The notes below the pieces were generated by a model. It was not told the origin of the DNA. It saw only the letters and a program-made list of their open reading frames with translations, and made no database searches. Below are positions 9,333 to 19,939 of a stretch of DNA of 64,000 bases, piece after piece. Source of the stretch: a virus (Duplodnaviria > Caudoviricetes); IMG/VR virus record IMGVR_UViG_3300031867_000015, positions 51,129 to 115,128 of that record. One strand, 5' to 3'. Positions within the stretch are counted from its first letter, which is position 1. The number at the start of each line of letters is the position of its first letter. Made by a program: the position numbers and the translations under genes.

Positions 9333-9894
9333 TAAAGCGGTAAATCGTAAGAAATACCGCTTGACAAATCAGATAAATTATGATAAAATCAGTATGTAGG
9401 ATTAGTCACTCAGATTAGCCAATTGTAGCTTATTGCCAATTATGGCAACTTCGGTTACTCACAGGTACAATACTCTCATATTGCCGAGGGCTTCACAGCC
9501 TATCGTTTTACCCACCATCTGCATACAAGCTATAAAATACAGATGCATTTATTTTGACTATTTTTCACGCTAAGAGTGTATTCTTGCAAACGCACCCAAC
9601 CCTAATCAGTACACGATTTAAGACGGTTTTAAGACTTTCAGCTTTTTATCTCACAAGTCAAAATAGAGAACTACCAATATTTTGACCACGTTCCCCTGAC
9701 AGATGTATGCATCCTAAGCCGTTTTACTTCCCATTTGTCACTTTAGTAAAACTACCCCCGATACACCTAACACTACTTACAGATGTAAAGTCTGTTTTTG
9801 TGCGTTTTCAGTCAATTCGTGCTGTTTATTACAGCTTTACTTGCCTACTTTTCGCATCCGTGATACTTTAGTCAAACTACTATTTACCGCTTTA
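9333..9894 (-). ncRNA. large structured ncRNA candidate (~560 nt, ROOL-like)
   Basis: No ORF >=60 aa; 13-bp closing inverted repeat 9333-9345/9882-9894; internal helices 9550-9559/9656-9665, 9721-9728/9745-9752, 9433-9448, 9821-9835; downstream of three promoters. Confidence 0.55.
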
Positions 9895-10119
9895 CGTTGT
9901 GCTTTTTGGTTTAGCTGTAAAAAGATACAGCACCCCCCACGGCTCACTACAACACTTTTATCGTCAAATACATGGAGTTAGAGCGTTCTCACTTGCATTG
10001 ACTATCAGATTTTAGGTTACTGCAAACCACCTTTTTGCTATAGTATACCCCATAGACTTATAGGAAGGCTATTCCTACGATGAACATTCAGCAAGTCTTT
10101 TTCAAGTCCCTTGCTATGG

Positions 10120-10346
10120 TTTTATTCTATCACATATTCACGAATTTGTCAACTGTCAAATTGCACAAACTTTAAACCGTGTTTTTGTGATATCTGATAA
10201 ACTACATTGAAAAGCACTTTTCAGCTTTTTCAAGCTGTTTTTGTGTTTTGTTCATTTCGTTTACCGTGATTTTATTCTATCACATATTCACGAATTTGTC
10301 AACTGTCAAATTGCACAAACTTTAAACCGTGTTTTTGTGATATCTG
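10120..10346. repeat. 77-bp direct repeat (10120-10196, 10270-10346), 150-bp period
   Basis: identical ttttattctatcacatattcacgaatttgtcaactgtc...gtgatatctg; similarity continues imperfectly beyond. Confidence 0.9.
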
Positions 10347-10446
10347 TCAATCGGAGCAAATCAAACATTTTTCAACTTTTTCAAGCTGTTTTGTGTTGTT
10401 GTCTGTTGACAGTTATTATTATAGCCGATATTGCACACGATGTCAA
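10124..10446 (-). promoter_or_regulatory. three tandem leftward sigma-A promoters (10124-10152, 10274-10302, 10418-10446)
   Basis: TTGACA-17-TAGAAT twice and TTGACA-17-TATAAT. Confidence 0.8.
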
Positions 10447-12276
10447 TACTTTTTTTGACGTTCTACCTTTTGCACATATAATTATTGTTTTGCGATATCT
10501 TGTGTTGTATAAAATGCACTAAAAAAGGAAGAAAAATATACTCGATGTAGAAGTTCGGGTATATCTGATATTGATTTTTATACTGTCTGTATACTCTCTT
10601 TATATTCTAATAGGTATTATAATATTAATACCTATTAAATACAAAGAGAGCAATACGTTCATTTGATTTGCAAATAAGTTCTTATGAACCTATTACTATC
10701 AGAGCTGGAAACTGTATATACTGTATATGTACAATATATACAGTTTTGTAGTCCCGATAGATTCAACAGATAGTATAAATTATGTATCATTGGTTTACTA
10801 TTTGTATATTTTGCGACCGTGTAAACCTTTACTTTTTGTATAGTCTATTTATGGCTATTTATAGCGGTTTATTCACTGTTGAATAAAAATATACGATACT
10901 TTTTGAATATTTTTCAAATTGAATTTGACTGAATGTATAATAATTATTGTTTTTCAATATCAGTTTATTGAATAACAATATTATTGTTAACATAGTAAAC
11001 TAAATAGATGATATCAGGCTGTTTTGTAAAAAGATAAAATAAAATAGTCTTTTTGTGTTGTCTCAAAACAGTGTTTAAAATGCTTTTTGACGGCTTTTTA
11101 TTATCGGAATGATATTATATTACCCATATGTTACAAAGGGCATTAGAAACGATTTTGCTGTTTTGTAGCGATATACGGTAGTTTGAAGGCTGTTGAAAAC
11201 TTTGCTTTAATTGTTGAAAGTTGTATACATTGCACAAATGTATTCATTAAGTAGTGAATATTCATGAAGATAGATTCGGAGTTTATGCCTATATTTCGGA
11301 TAGAATCGGGATTTTATGAATATGAATATTCAGTATTTTGTGTATATTTTAGTGTGTTTTGGTGTTATATTACTTATTGTTTATTTGTATGGTATTTATA
11401 CAGATTGTTATTGAAGTGAATGTGTTATAGGTATAGACTATTAATTTTATTTGTGTTATTGGTTTTAGTTATATATTATTGGTGCATTGGTTATGTGTTA
11501 TGTTTTGATATCGGTATGATATCAAAATGATATCAAAAAATAAAAGTGTTGCAATTGCAACAAAACTACCGACAAAATCACTGTAAACTAAAATTGCTTT
11601 ACATATGTATATGGATATTATATAACAGCATTAAAAAAATATATATGAATGATTCTTCAATTGTTAAAGATTTATCGTATACTATTATAATATAAAAGGG
11701 AAATGTGTTAGGCGGTACTAACAGTAGGAAATGTGCGAACCTACTGTTAGCAAGCCCTAACTTGGCGATATATAGGGGATTGGTTTACATCGTAAAATCT
11801 TTTAACAACTGTTTTACACGGTAAAGGTATTCCATTCACAGCCTTCAAAAAAAATTACATACACTTCATATGCACCTTATATACACTTCACATACATTCC
11901 AAAATGCAATTCAAAATCATATAACTTCACACATACTCTTATTGCTTCTCCCCCTCACCTCTCTCCCTCAAAACTATCCCTTATCAGATATCGGCTTAAT
12001 ACATTCAATATAATATCTAATATTAAATTTCAAATAAACATCTCTTAATTCCTAAAAACTTAATCTAATCCAATCAAGAACGTATCTATCCTATTATTTT
12101 ATTATCTATATAATTAATCACTTTATAATACTCCTATTCGCTCTACAATAAACTACAATCAATTCTAACAACATAAGTAGTGTAACTATATTCTAATTAA
12201 TACAAAGCCTTACAGCGCATTTAAAAGCGTATTATAATACTATAAAATATTTCCCATTCAATAAATAAAAAACAAG

Positions 12277-12856
12277 TCAGATAGTTTTACCTTTAAGCGG
12301 ATGCGAAGCAGACGATTAAAGGTAAATCTGATTATGCGAGTATGAGAACGAGCGGAGCGAATGTTCTCATACGGCAGAATCAGACAATGCCATAGGCTAC
12401 AATTAAGATAGTATTAATTAATAATCCAGTGTAAAAAATTGGGGGTATGTTTAATAGTAGCTATGCAACAATTTTTGTAACGGTCTATTGACAAAGAGTA
12501 AATTGTATGTTATAATATAAGTTAGAATGTGAGATGATAATTGTAGGATATTGTGAAGATAATTGCCCGAACTCCGATTCTCTCCGTTCGTTCACTTATC
12601 TTCACGAACAATAATCCGCAAGCGGCTTATTGTTCCATCTCTTTTTTGTTTTTTATTTATTATTAATTATATTATATATATTTATATTAATTATATTATA
12701 TATTAATTATTGGCAAGCGTATCGGGTGTGTGTATTACGAGCAACGTAAACGACCAAAATCGGGACTATTTGCCTATGTATAGCGGTTTTTTAGGAATTG
12801 CACCCTCGCCTGAAATGTCCGAAAAAGGGGGTGTTTCTCGCCTGAAATGTCCGAAA
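12277..12856. other. putative replication origin (hairpins, AT-rich tract, two 20-bp iteron-like repeats)
   Basis: ctcgcctgaaatgtccgaaa at 12805-12824 and 12837-12856; almost pure A/T at ~12641-12711; GCGAAGC/GCGGAGC-capped hairpins; directly upstream of a Rep-like gene. Confidence 0.5.
12488..12516 (+). promoter_or_regulatory. rightward sigma-A promoter with phage box
   Basis: TTGACA-aagagtaaattgtatgt-TATAAT. Confidence 0.8.
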
Positions 12857-12870
12857 TTTTTAAAAACCTC

Positions 12871-12899
12871 TTGACAAGGAGTAAAATGTATAGTATAAT
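12871..12899 (+). promoter_or_regulatory. rightward sigma-A promoter with degenerate box
   Basis: TTGACA-aggagtaaaatgtatag-TATAAT. Confidence 0.8.
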
Positions 12900-12954
12900 A
12901 TAATTGCAGAAACGCATAGTGTTTCTAATAAATACAATTGAAAGGATTGGTTTA

Positions 12955-13953
12955 ATGGAGATAATACCAACAAACATTAACGAAGAAACAGGAGAAGTGA
13001 TAACAGAAAAAACCACATACACAGAAGAAGATATATATGCCGCCGAGGTCAAAGGACGAGAAGAAGAAAAAGAGCGAGAACGTCAAAATAAAAAAATAAG
13101 AAAAGAGTTTTACGAAAAGAAACAGAATTTAAAAATGGTTACATCAGAATTGGGTGGAAACTTCTTTTGGGGGATATATAATCCAATCGAAATATACTAC
13201 CCTACTTTATCCGATAGTATGCTTGTACAAGTAATGTATCTAATGACATATTTAAAATATAATGATAATGTTTTAGTTATTAGGGATGATTGTTATTCAA
13301 CCTATCGTTATATGACCAAAGAAGATGTGAAGAAGATTATTGGTGTAGATAAAACTCATTTCGCTCGTTTTTGGAAAGAACTTCTTAAAACTGAAATTGT
13401 CGCTGAACAAGAAGATGGTAAGCTAACTGTGTCCGAAAACTTTAAAAGGGGTTGTATAAAAAAAGATATTGGAGAAGATACTTGTGCTATAAAAATATTT
13501 TCACATTGCGTTAGATATCTTTATGAAAAGACTGAACCACGCTCACGAAAATATCTTGCAATGCTACTGCGATTCATTCCGTATATCAATGTAAAATACA
13601 ATGTGCTTTGTAGGAATCCATTGGAATTAGATGTGAATGAAATAGATTTAATGACAACAAAGGATATGCTGTCGCTACTTGGACTTGGGGAAAGACAAGA
13701 GAAAAGATTAATTGACACTTTATTTAAGATTTGTTTTATAGATAAAGATGGAAGTAGCAGAAGTGTAATTACTATTATCCAAAACGTCAAGGATGACAAG
13801 ATAAGAAAATTCATTACAATTAATCCTCAATTTTACTCAGGTTATTATTGTAATGAGGACATAGCACCAATAATCGCTGACAAGTGTATAAAAGAAAATA
13901 AAGCATTAAATATTAACCTAAAGGAAAACTATTATGAAAATAAAAGTGTATGA
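12955..13953 (+). CDS. putative replication initiator (tandem winged-HTH, RepL-like)
   Basis: two HTH-like segments (MTKEDVKKIIGVDKTHFARFWKELLK; MTTKDMLSLLGLGERQEKRLIDTL), ITINPQFY ending, adjacent repeats. Confidence 0.5.
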   Translation: MEIIPTNINEETGEVITEKTTYTEEDIYAAEVKGREEEKERERQNKKIRKEFYEKKQNLKMVTSELGGNFFWGIYNPIEIYYPTLSDSMLVQVMYLMTYLKYNDNVLVIRDDCYSTYRYMTKEDVKKIIGVDKTHFARFWKELLKTEIVAEQEDGKLTVSENFKRGCIKKDIGEDTCAIKIFSHCVRYLYEKTEPRSRKYLAMLLRFIPYINVKYNVLCRNPLELDVNEIDLMTTKDMLSLLGLGERQEKRLIDTLFKICFIDKDGSSRSVITIIQNVKDDKIRKFITINPQFYSGYYCNEDIAPIIADKCIKENKALNINLKENYYENKSV

Positions 13954-14311
13954 CGAGTTTAAGACATTCAGAGAATTTATTAATATTTGTAAGGGAGTAT
14001 GGAGGTTTTTGAAAAACAATAATTGTACTATAAAGAATCTCACTGTATACGTAACCCTTTATAACGAGAATAATAACTGTGAAGATATTAACCTTTATGA
14101 CAAAGATGGTAATATATCTTGTAAGAATGTAGGATTAATGATTGGGGATTTCCCTTATATCAATTGGGATGAATTTAATGAAAATAAGAAAATAGATAAG
14201 GGTAAGAAAATAATTGTTCGTTCAGAAGGGGATATGTTAAAACAACGTGATTATAATTTGAATTGCAATAGAGTTTATTATAAGGGAATAGATTTTGATG
14301 ACTTAGAATAG
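13934..14311 (+). CDS. hypothetical protein
   Basis: ORF overlapping upstream gene. Confidence 0.6.
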   Translation: MKIKVYDEFKTFREFINICKGVWRFLKNNNCTIKNLTVYVTLYNENNNCEDINLYDKDGNISCKNVGLMIGDFPYINWDEFNENKKIDKGKKIIVRSEGDMLKQRDYNLNCNRVYYKGIDFDDLE

Positions 14312-14338
14312 TTAAAAATATAAAATTTCATTTCCCTC

Positions 14339-14367
14339 TTGACAAAGAGCGAATTTTATAGTATAAT
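14339..14367 (+). promoter_or_regulatory. rightward sigma-A promoter with box, plus second box ~14405
   Basis: TTGACA-aagagcgaattttatag-TATAAT; agagtaaattgtata downstream. Confidence 0.8.
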
Positions 14368-14439
14368 ATATATAGAGGTAAACGATTTATATTTTAACCC
14401 TCATAGAGTAAATTGTATAATAGAAAGGTGGTGAACTTA

Positions 14440-17400
14440 TTGAAAGACTGGATTGACTACTTACAGACACTAACTAACGGTCAGTCGGACACGGAGCAGT
14501 ATGATAATGATGAATGGTCTGACCAATACTACGGTCTGTCAGAATATAGAGAGTATGCAGAGTTATGGTGTTAAACAAGGAGAATCGAATGGTAAACGAA
14601 TACAGGTTACACATTGTCTTAGCGATAGAAATGCTATTATGTGGTATATGGTGGACATACAAAGCAATTACGAAATCTCAACAAAAATTAGATTATTCCC
14701 TTGATATTATATTATGCGGATTGAGTTTTATATCATGCGGTATTAATCTTGGTTATCTTTTATATGCGAGGTGAGGAAATGTATATTAATAATAAATGGT
14801 ACACCGAGAGTGAACTTAATGCTTATGTTAAAAAGTTAGAAAGCACAATTTCAGAACTGGAAGATAAGCATTGGAATGAATGTAGACAGATTGCTCATTA
14901 CGAAGAAGAACTTACAGAAGCCAAGAGATTATTGAAGATTGCAGTTGAAAGTTTTGATAAACTGCTTGACACAGTAGTAGGGTTTGAGCAGAGATGTATT
15001 GTATGCGACTACGCTATGAAGTATGCTAATCCTTATGATGCGTGTAACTCTTGTCCTCTTGGGAATGGTAAACATAAGAGATGTACATGGAAGTTTAAAG
15101 AAGAAGCAATGAAGTTAATAGGAGTTCGTGAAGATTATGAGGAAGATTAATAAGAATGATGACCAAAGGGGATTTGTTAATTGAAGTCATGCAATATTGC
15201 TGTAGGGATATTTGTTATAAATGTCACAACTGCAATGTGGTTGATAGATGCCTAAATGATTTCTATGAAACTATACCGTGTGATTGTCCATGCAACGACA
15301 CTTGTCATGATATGACAATAATATCGTTTTGGTTAATTGACGAGGGAAAATATTAAAAGGAGTTAATATGAAATTATTCAGTGTGCAAGAGTTATGTTAT
15401 AAAGTATTGGGATGTTTTCGTCCTATTGCAGAAACAAATGTAGATAATGAACGATATGAACATCTGAAAGACTGGACTGAGTTCAACAGACATATTATAT
15501 ATGAATTGATTATGTGTGCCAGAAATGAAGATATGCGTTCATACGCTTCATCAAAACAGATTGTAGATTTGACAAGAGAACACCTTGACGAAATATATCA
15601 GTGGATAAAGGATGAGCGTAAGCTGTGGCATCCTGATTGTGAGGAAAATGATGAGTAAGAAAGAAACAAGATTAATGAAGTATCTGTCTGAGGTAGGTAG
15701 CATTACTTCGATGGACGCTATTAAGGAACTGGGAGATACCAGATTAGCCGCAACGGTATTTGAGTTAAGACGAAAGGGAATCAATATAATTTCAACATCT
15801 GAAACAAGTGTGAACAGATGGGGTGAAAAGGTAACTTATACAAGATATGTTTTACAGGAAGGGAATAACAATGACAAACAGACAGTGGCTTAATAATATG
15901 GCATTGATTGACCTGTTGAGTTTCATTAATGGAAATCTTGACAGTGATGAAAGATGTATTATTCAATTGCTTAATGATAATTATGATTATTGCCCTAAAG
16001 AGTTTGCACCAGTGTATGAAAGAAATTATACAACAAGTTACCCATACAAGTTAATCGAACCTGCAAAATGTTATGAATGTATTTGTGCATGGTTAAATAA
16101 GGAGAGAAACAAATGAAACTATCAGTGGTATTACTACGATTATTAAAAATGATTCAAGATGATTGTAGTAAACATAATTGCAGTCATTGTAAGTTTAAAA
16201 AGAACATCTATATGCATGAACCATGCTTATTAGGTTATCCCCATAAATGGAAATTAGATGAACTTACTGATGATATACTGCGACAAATACCAGAACTTGC
16301 TTTTGAATTTGACCATTGGGATTTATATGATTTATTTGCACAAGAAGCTGAGGAAGAATGATAAGGAGAGATAATATGGATTTAAACGATATTAAACAGA
16401 AAGCATGGGAATTTAAAGGAGCAACAAGTTACTGGACTGAGATTCATGCAATAAAGGATGATTTGAATTTATTAAATCCTCTTGCAAAAAGGATTAAGAC
16501 TTGTTCGTTTCCACTTGAAGTAAGAATAGCAAACCGAGCATTTGATATGATATTTAAGGATTGGGGTTACAATGTAAACTACGTTGAAGATGTTTATGCT
16601 GTATATACTATGCTTACTGAAATTGTAAATGATATATATAATGAATCAGAAAAGTATACCGATAAAGAGAAACGTGACTTTCTTGAATGGTGTTATGATT
16701 CTGGGATTGATGTATCTACGTTTGTAAAATGTACAATTGATTGTTCCAGAGGAATTGCAGGAACTATTACTAAAGTTGATGCAATAATGAGGGAAATCGA
16801 AAGAGAGCGTGGAGAATGAGTATGAGCGAATTGAATGAATGGGCTGAACGCTGTCAGCAAGACGGTATAGAAGTATGGAGACTTGAACATGAATCAGATA
16901 TAACAGGACTATATATGACAAAGAAGAAAATAGGTAATGGAGTTCCATACTACAATTGGACTTCACCCATATATCATATTTGGATAAATGATAAACGAGT
17001 ATTTACCTGTATGAACTATCGTGATGCTTATGAGATTTATAAAAATGAAAAGGAGAGATTTGAAAATGATTAATTTATTATCTGCGATTACATTATCTGT
17101 AATAGGTTCTACTCTTATTAGTAGACGTACCAACAGCAAGGACAAGTTTGATTTTATTATGACTATGGCTATTTGGTCATTGATATTATCTGGCATGAGT
17201 TTAGCCAAATTCTTTGAGGGGTAATTAATTATGAATACCAATTGTGAAGAATGGTGCAGAATTGAATGTGGTGAATGTAAATGGTTTAAAGTCAATGCTG
17301 ATATGGACGGTGTTGAATCTACCTGTAAGAGATTAGACCACAAGCATTTAAGATTTGCCAAAAAGATTTTTAAATGCTACGATTGTGGGTGTTTTGATAT

Positions 17401-18395
17401 AAATACCTGTGCTGATTTTGAACCAGATGAAAAGAAAGTGCCATGGCTGTATAATCATTGGGATAAAGTCAAAGAGCAAATTATACCTTATGGAGAATTT
17501 GCTTGTGTTGAACTTAATGTTGACGGAAATACGGATGTGAGATATTGTGTGTTAGGTTCAGATTTTTATAATAACACTTTTATTAATGAAGATGGTTCTC
17601 TTAAATGGAGATATAAATATTATTCAGTTCCAGATAGAAAGAGTCCTATAAAGTATCGTATAGTTTATGAAACACCTGATGGACTAAAACTGACACAGGA
17701 ATTATGTAAGTTATATGATAGGGGGTTATTACAATTGACATTTGAAACTTTAAAGAAGGTTCTTAATAAAGGCGATAAGCATGGGTCAGCTTTCAATGAA
17801 ATACTTGACTACTATCATATAGAAAACAAAGACCTTACTAAGATTACAGAAGATATGGCAAAGAATTGGTTGGAAAGGAAGTGACAATAATGTGTTCAGC
17901 AACTACTAAAAGGATAGCTTCATTTAGTAAGACCGATAAACATGAGACTTTAACAATGCTTATGGATTGGTATGGACTTAATGACCTTGAAAATATTCCT
18001 GAGACTGCCGCATTAGAATTTCTTGCAATGCTTGAAAGTGGTGAGGTAAAGGTTTGATAAGAATTGTTTTGCTTGATTTATTACTTGATATATTTGTTGC
18101 AATAACACTTGTTGTAGTTTATCACATTGTAGATATAATCGCAATAGATATTTTATATGGCAAGGGTATTGCCAAGTTTGATAGTGATTACCAATTTGAT
18201 AGACTTGTGTCAATATTAATAATTGGCTTGATACCAATAATTAATATCATGTGCTTGTGTTATATGCTCTGGACATTTGAATACAGAGTTGAAGCATTTA
18301 CATGGGGTATATATAGATTGGCACGAAAGAAACATGGAGTAATTGTAAGAAAGACAATAAAGACAAGAAAGAAGGAAATAAGAAATGATATTTGA
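14440..18395 (+). CDS. run of about 14 small hypothetical genes (several Cys-rich or membrane; HTH protein ending 15893)
   Basis: tightly packed co-oriented ORFs with RBSs; SITSMDAIKELGDTRLAATVFELRRKG is HTH-like; 14440-14574 is an unlisted 44-aa acidic ORF. Confidence 0.6.
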
Positions 18396-18510
18396 TAAGT
18401 ATTCAATAGTTTGCGACAGTGCGGATTACAAGTGGTGTTCCAAGAAAGGCAGATGGTGTCATAAAGATTCGTTTGGCTTTGAGTGTAAAGAGTGTAATTG
18501 GAGATGATGT

Positions 18511-19074
18511 ATGCCTGTAGGAGTTTATCAAATAAAGAATGTGGTGAATGGCAAACGATACATCGGTGAGTCAGTTTCGATTACCAAAAGGTTTGCAGAA
18601 CACAAACATGACCTCGAAAAACATAAGCATCATTGCAAGGCTTTACAAAAAGCATGGAACAAAACACCTTCGATTTGTTTTAAGTTTCGTATAAAAGAAA
18701 TATTTCTATTTACAAATCATTTTGTTAATAGAGATAAATTAATATTAATGTTGTTTCTTAGAGAAGCATATTATATGAGAATGACAGACGAGTTATATAA
18801 TACTGAGGACACTGGTAGTATGTTAAAATCATTTGCCCTTAATGGAAACTTTGAAGGGCGGTTCAAAAGATACAAACATTACAGACGGTGGATTAAGAAG
18901 CGTTTGGTGTTTATGCGGAGATGGATGCCACATTTGATTATAGCGGCGCAGTACAATATTGCTGTGCGATTGTTGCTGTTGATTGGAGGTGCTGTTGGCT
19001 TATGGGAGATTTGGCAATTTTTGTCGGATATGTACTTGTGGGAATTGTTGCGTATAAAGTTTACAAGTATGTGA
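18511..19074 (+). CDS. GIY-YIG nuclease-domain protein with hydrophobic C-terminus
   Basis: GVYQIKN...KRYIGES..ITKRFAEH. Confidence 0.75.
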   Translation: MPVGVYQIKNVVNGKRYIGESVSITKRFAEHKHDLEKHKHHCKALQKAWNKTPSICFKFRIKEIFLFTNHFVNRDKLILMLFLREAYYMRMTDELYNTEDTGSMLKSFALNGNFEGRFKRYKHYRRWIKKRLVFMRRWMPHLIIAAQYNIAVRLLLLIGGAVGLWEIWQFLSDMYLWELLRIKFTSM

Positions 19075-19490
19075 AGCTAAAAAAATCTCAGCTTGATGTG
19101 GTAAGGTTTGACCAAGAAGTTTCAGACTTAATGTTAAAACGAGATAGGGCAATGACATTACACCGATTACTTACTGATGTAAACATATGTGATAAAAAGA
19201 ATGAAAACTACAAGGTATTTAATTTATCTTGGAAATCAGAAATGGACGGTCAAATATATGCTTACGATATTTATATCACAGATAAGAAATCAGCCAACGC
19301 AAATGCCCTGACTGAATTGGCAAACATTGAATTAACTAACCTTGCGCCTGATATTAAAACAGGTATATACAAGTTGAAGTTAAGAAGTAACTTAGTAGGA
19401 ACAGAGTTTAAAACAGAGGATGAGTATATAGCAGAAAAACCAACAAGAGATATTGAGACTTTAGGGGACGATACGAAAGTATATTTTTAA
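18921..19490 (+). CDS. membrane-anchored hypothetical protein (start probably later, at MGDLAIF)
   Basis: TM-like LAIFVGYVLVGIVAY; GGAGG upstream of internal ATG. Confidence 0.55.
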   Translation: MDATFDYSGAVQYCCAIVAVDWRCCWLMGDLAIFVGYVLVGIVAYKVYKYVKLKKSQLDVVRFDQEVSDLMLKRDRAMTLHRLLTDVNICDKKNENYKVFNLSWKSEMDGQIYAYDIYITDKKSANANALTELANIELTNLAPDIKTGIYKLKLRSNLVGTEFKTEDEYIAEKPTRDIETLGDDTKVYF

Positions 19491-19584
19491 ACCACTCCCC
19501 TACCGAAATAAAAGAGGTATTTTTACCTTTGAGGTAGATTAATCTATAAATTTTTAACTACTATTAACGAAAGGGGAGAGGTAT

Positions 19585-19899
19585 ATGAATTGTCCTGATG
19601 TAAAGTTTTGTGAAATGTGCGGAAAAAAAATAAGTGATATCAATGACCCCAATACGGATTGGATGAGTCATATAAGAATTAAATACTGCCCTGAGTGTGC
19701 GGCTTACCGAAGGAAAATGAATAAGCGTAATTGGGCTTCTAAAAACACGGATGCTCATAAAACAGTTGAATCGTTTCTTGGAGAATATTCAAATTTAATG
19801 AGAGAACAGATATCAGAATTAAAATCTCAGCTTAAACTAATTCAAGAAGAAAATGATTTGCTAAGAAAAGAAATAATAACATTGAGAGGAAATATGTAG
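19585..19899 (+). CDS. zinc-finger coiled-coil protein
   Basis: CEMC...CPEC plus leucine-zipper-like C-terminus. Confidence 0.6.
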   Translation: MNCPDVKFCEMCGKKISDINDPNTDWMSHIRIKYCPECAAYRRKMNKRNWASKNTDAHKTVESFLGEYSNLMREQISELKSQLKLIQEENDLLRKEIITLRGNM

Positions 19900-19939
19900 A
19901 AAGAGTGAATTGTACACTCATATGTTAGGAGAGAAATTA

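Noticed and set aside
10120-10346. Direct repeats as a CRISPR array
   Set aside because: Only two 77-bp copies, each containing a promoter; no spacer pattern and no cas genes
10241-10522. 93-aa plus-strand ORF
   Set aside because: Runs through promoter repeats, no RBS, low-complexity translation
11547-11562. Perfect palindrome as a protelomerase site
   Set aside because: Only 16 bp and no protelomerase gene in the window
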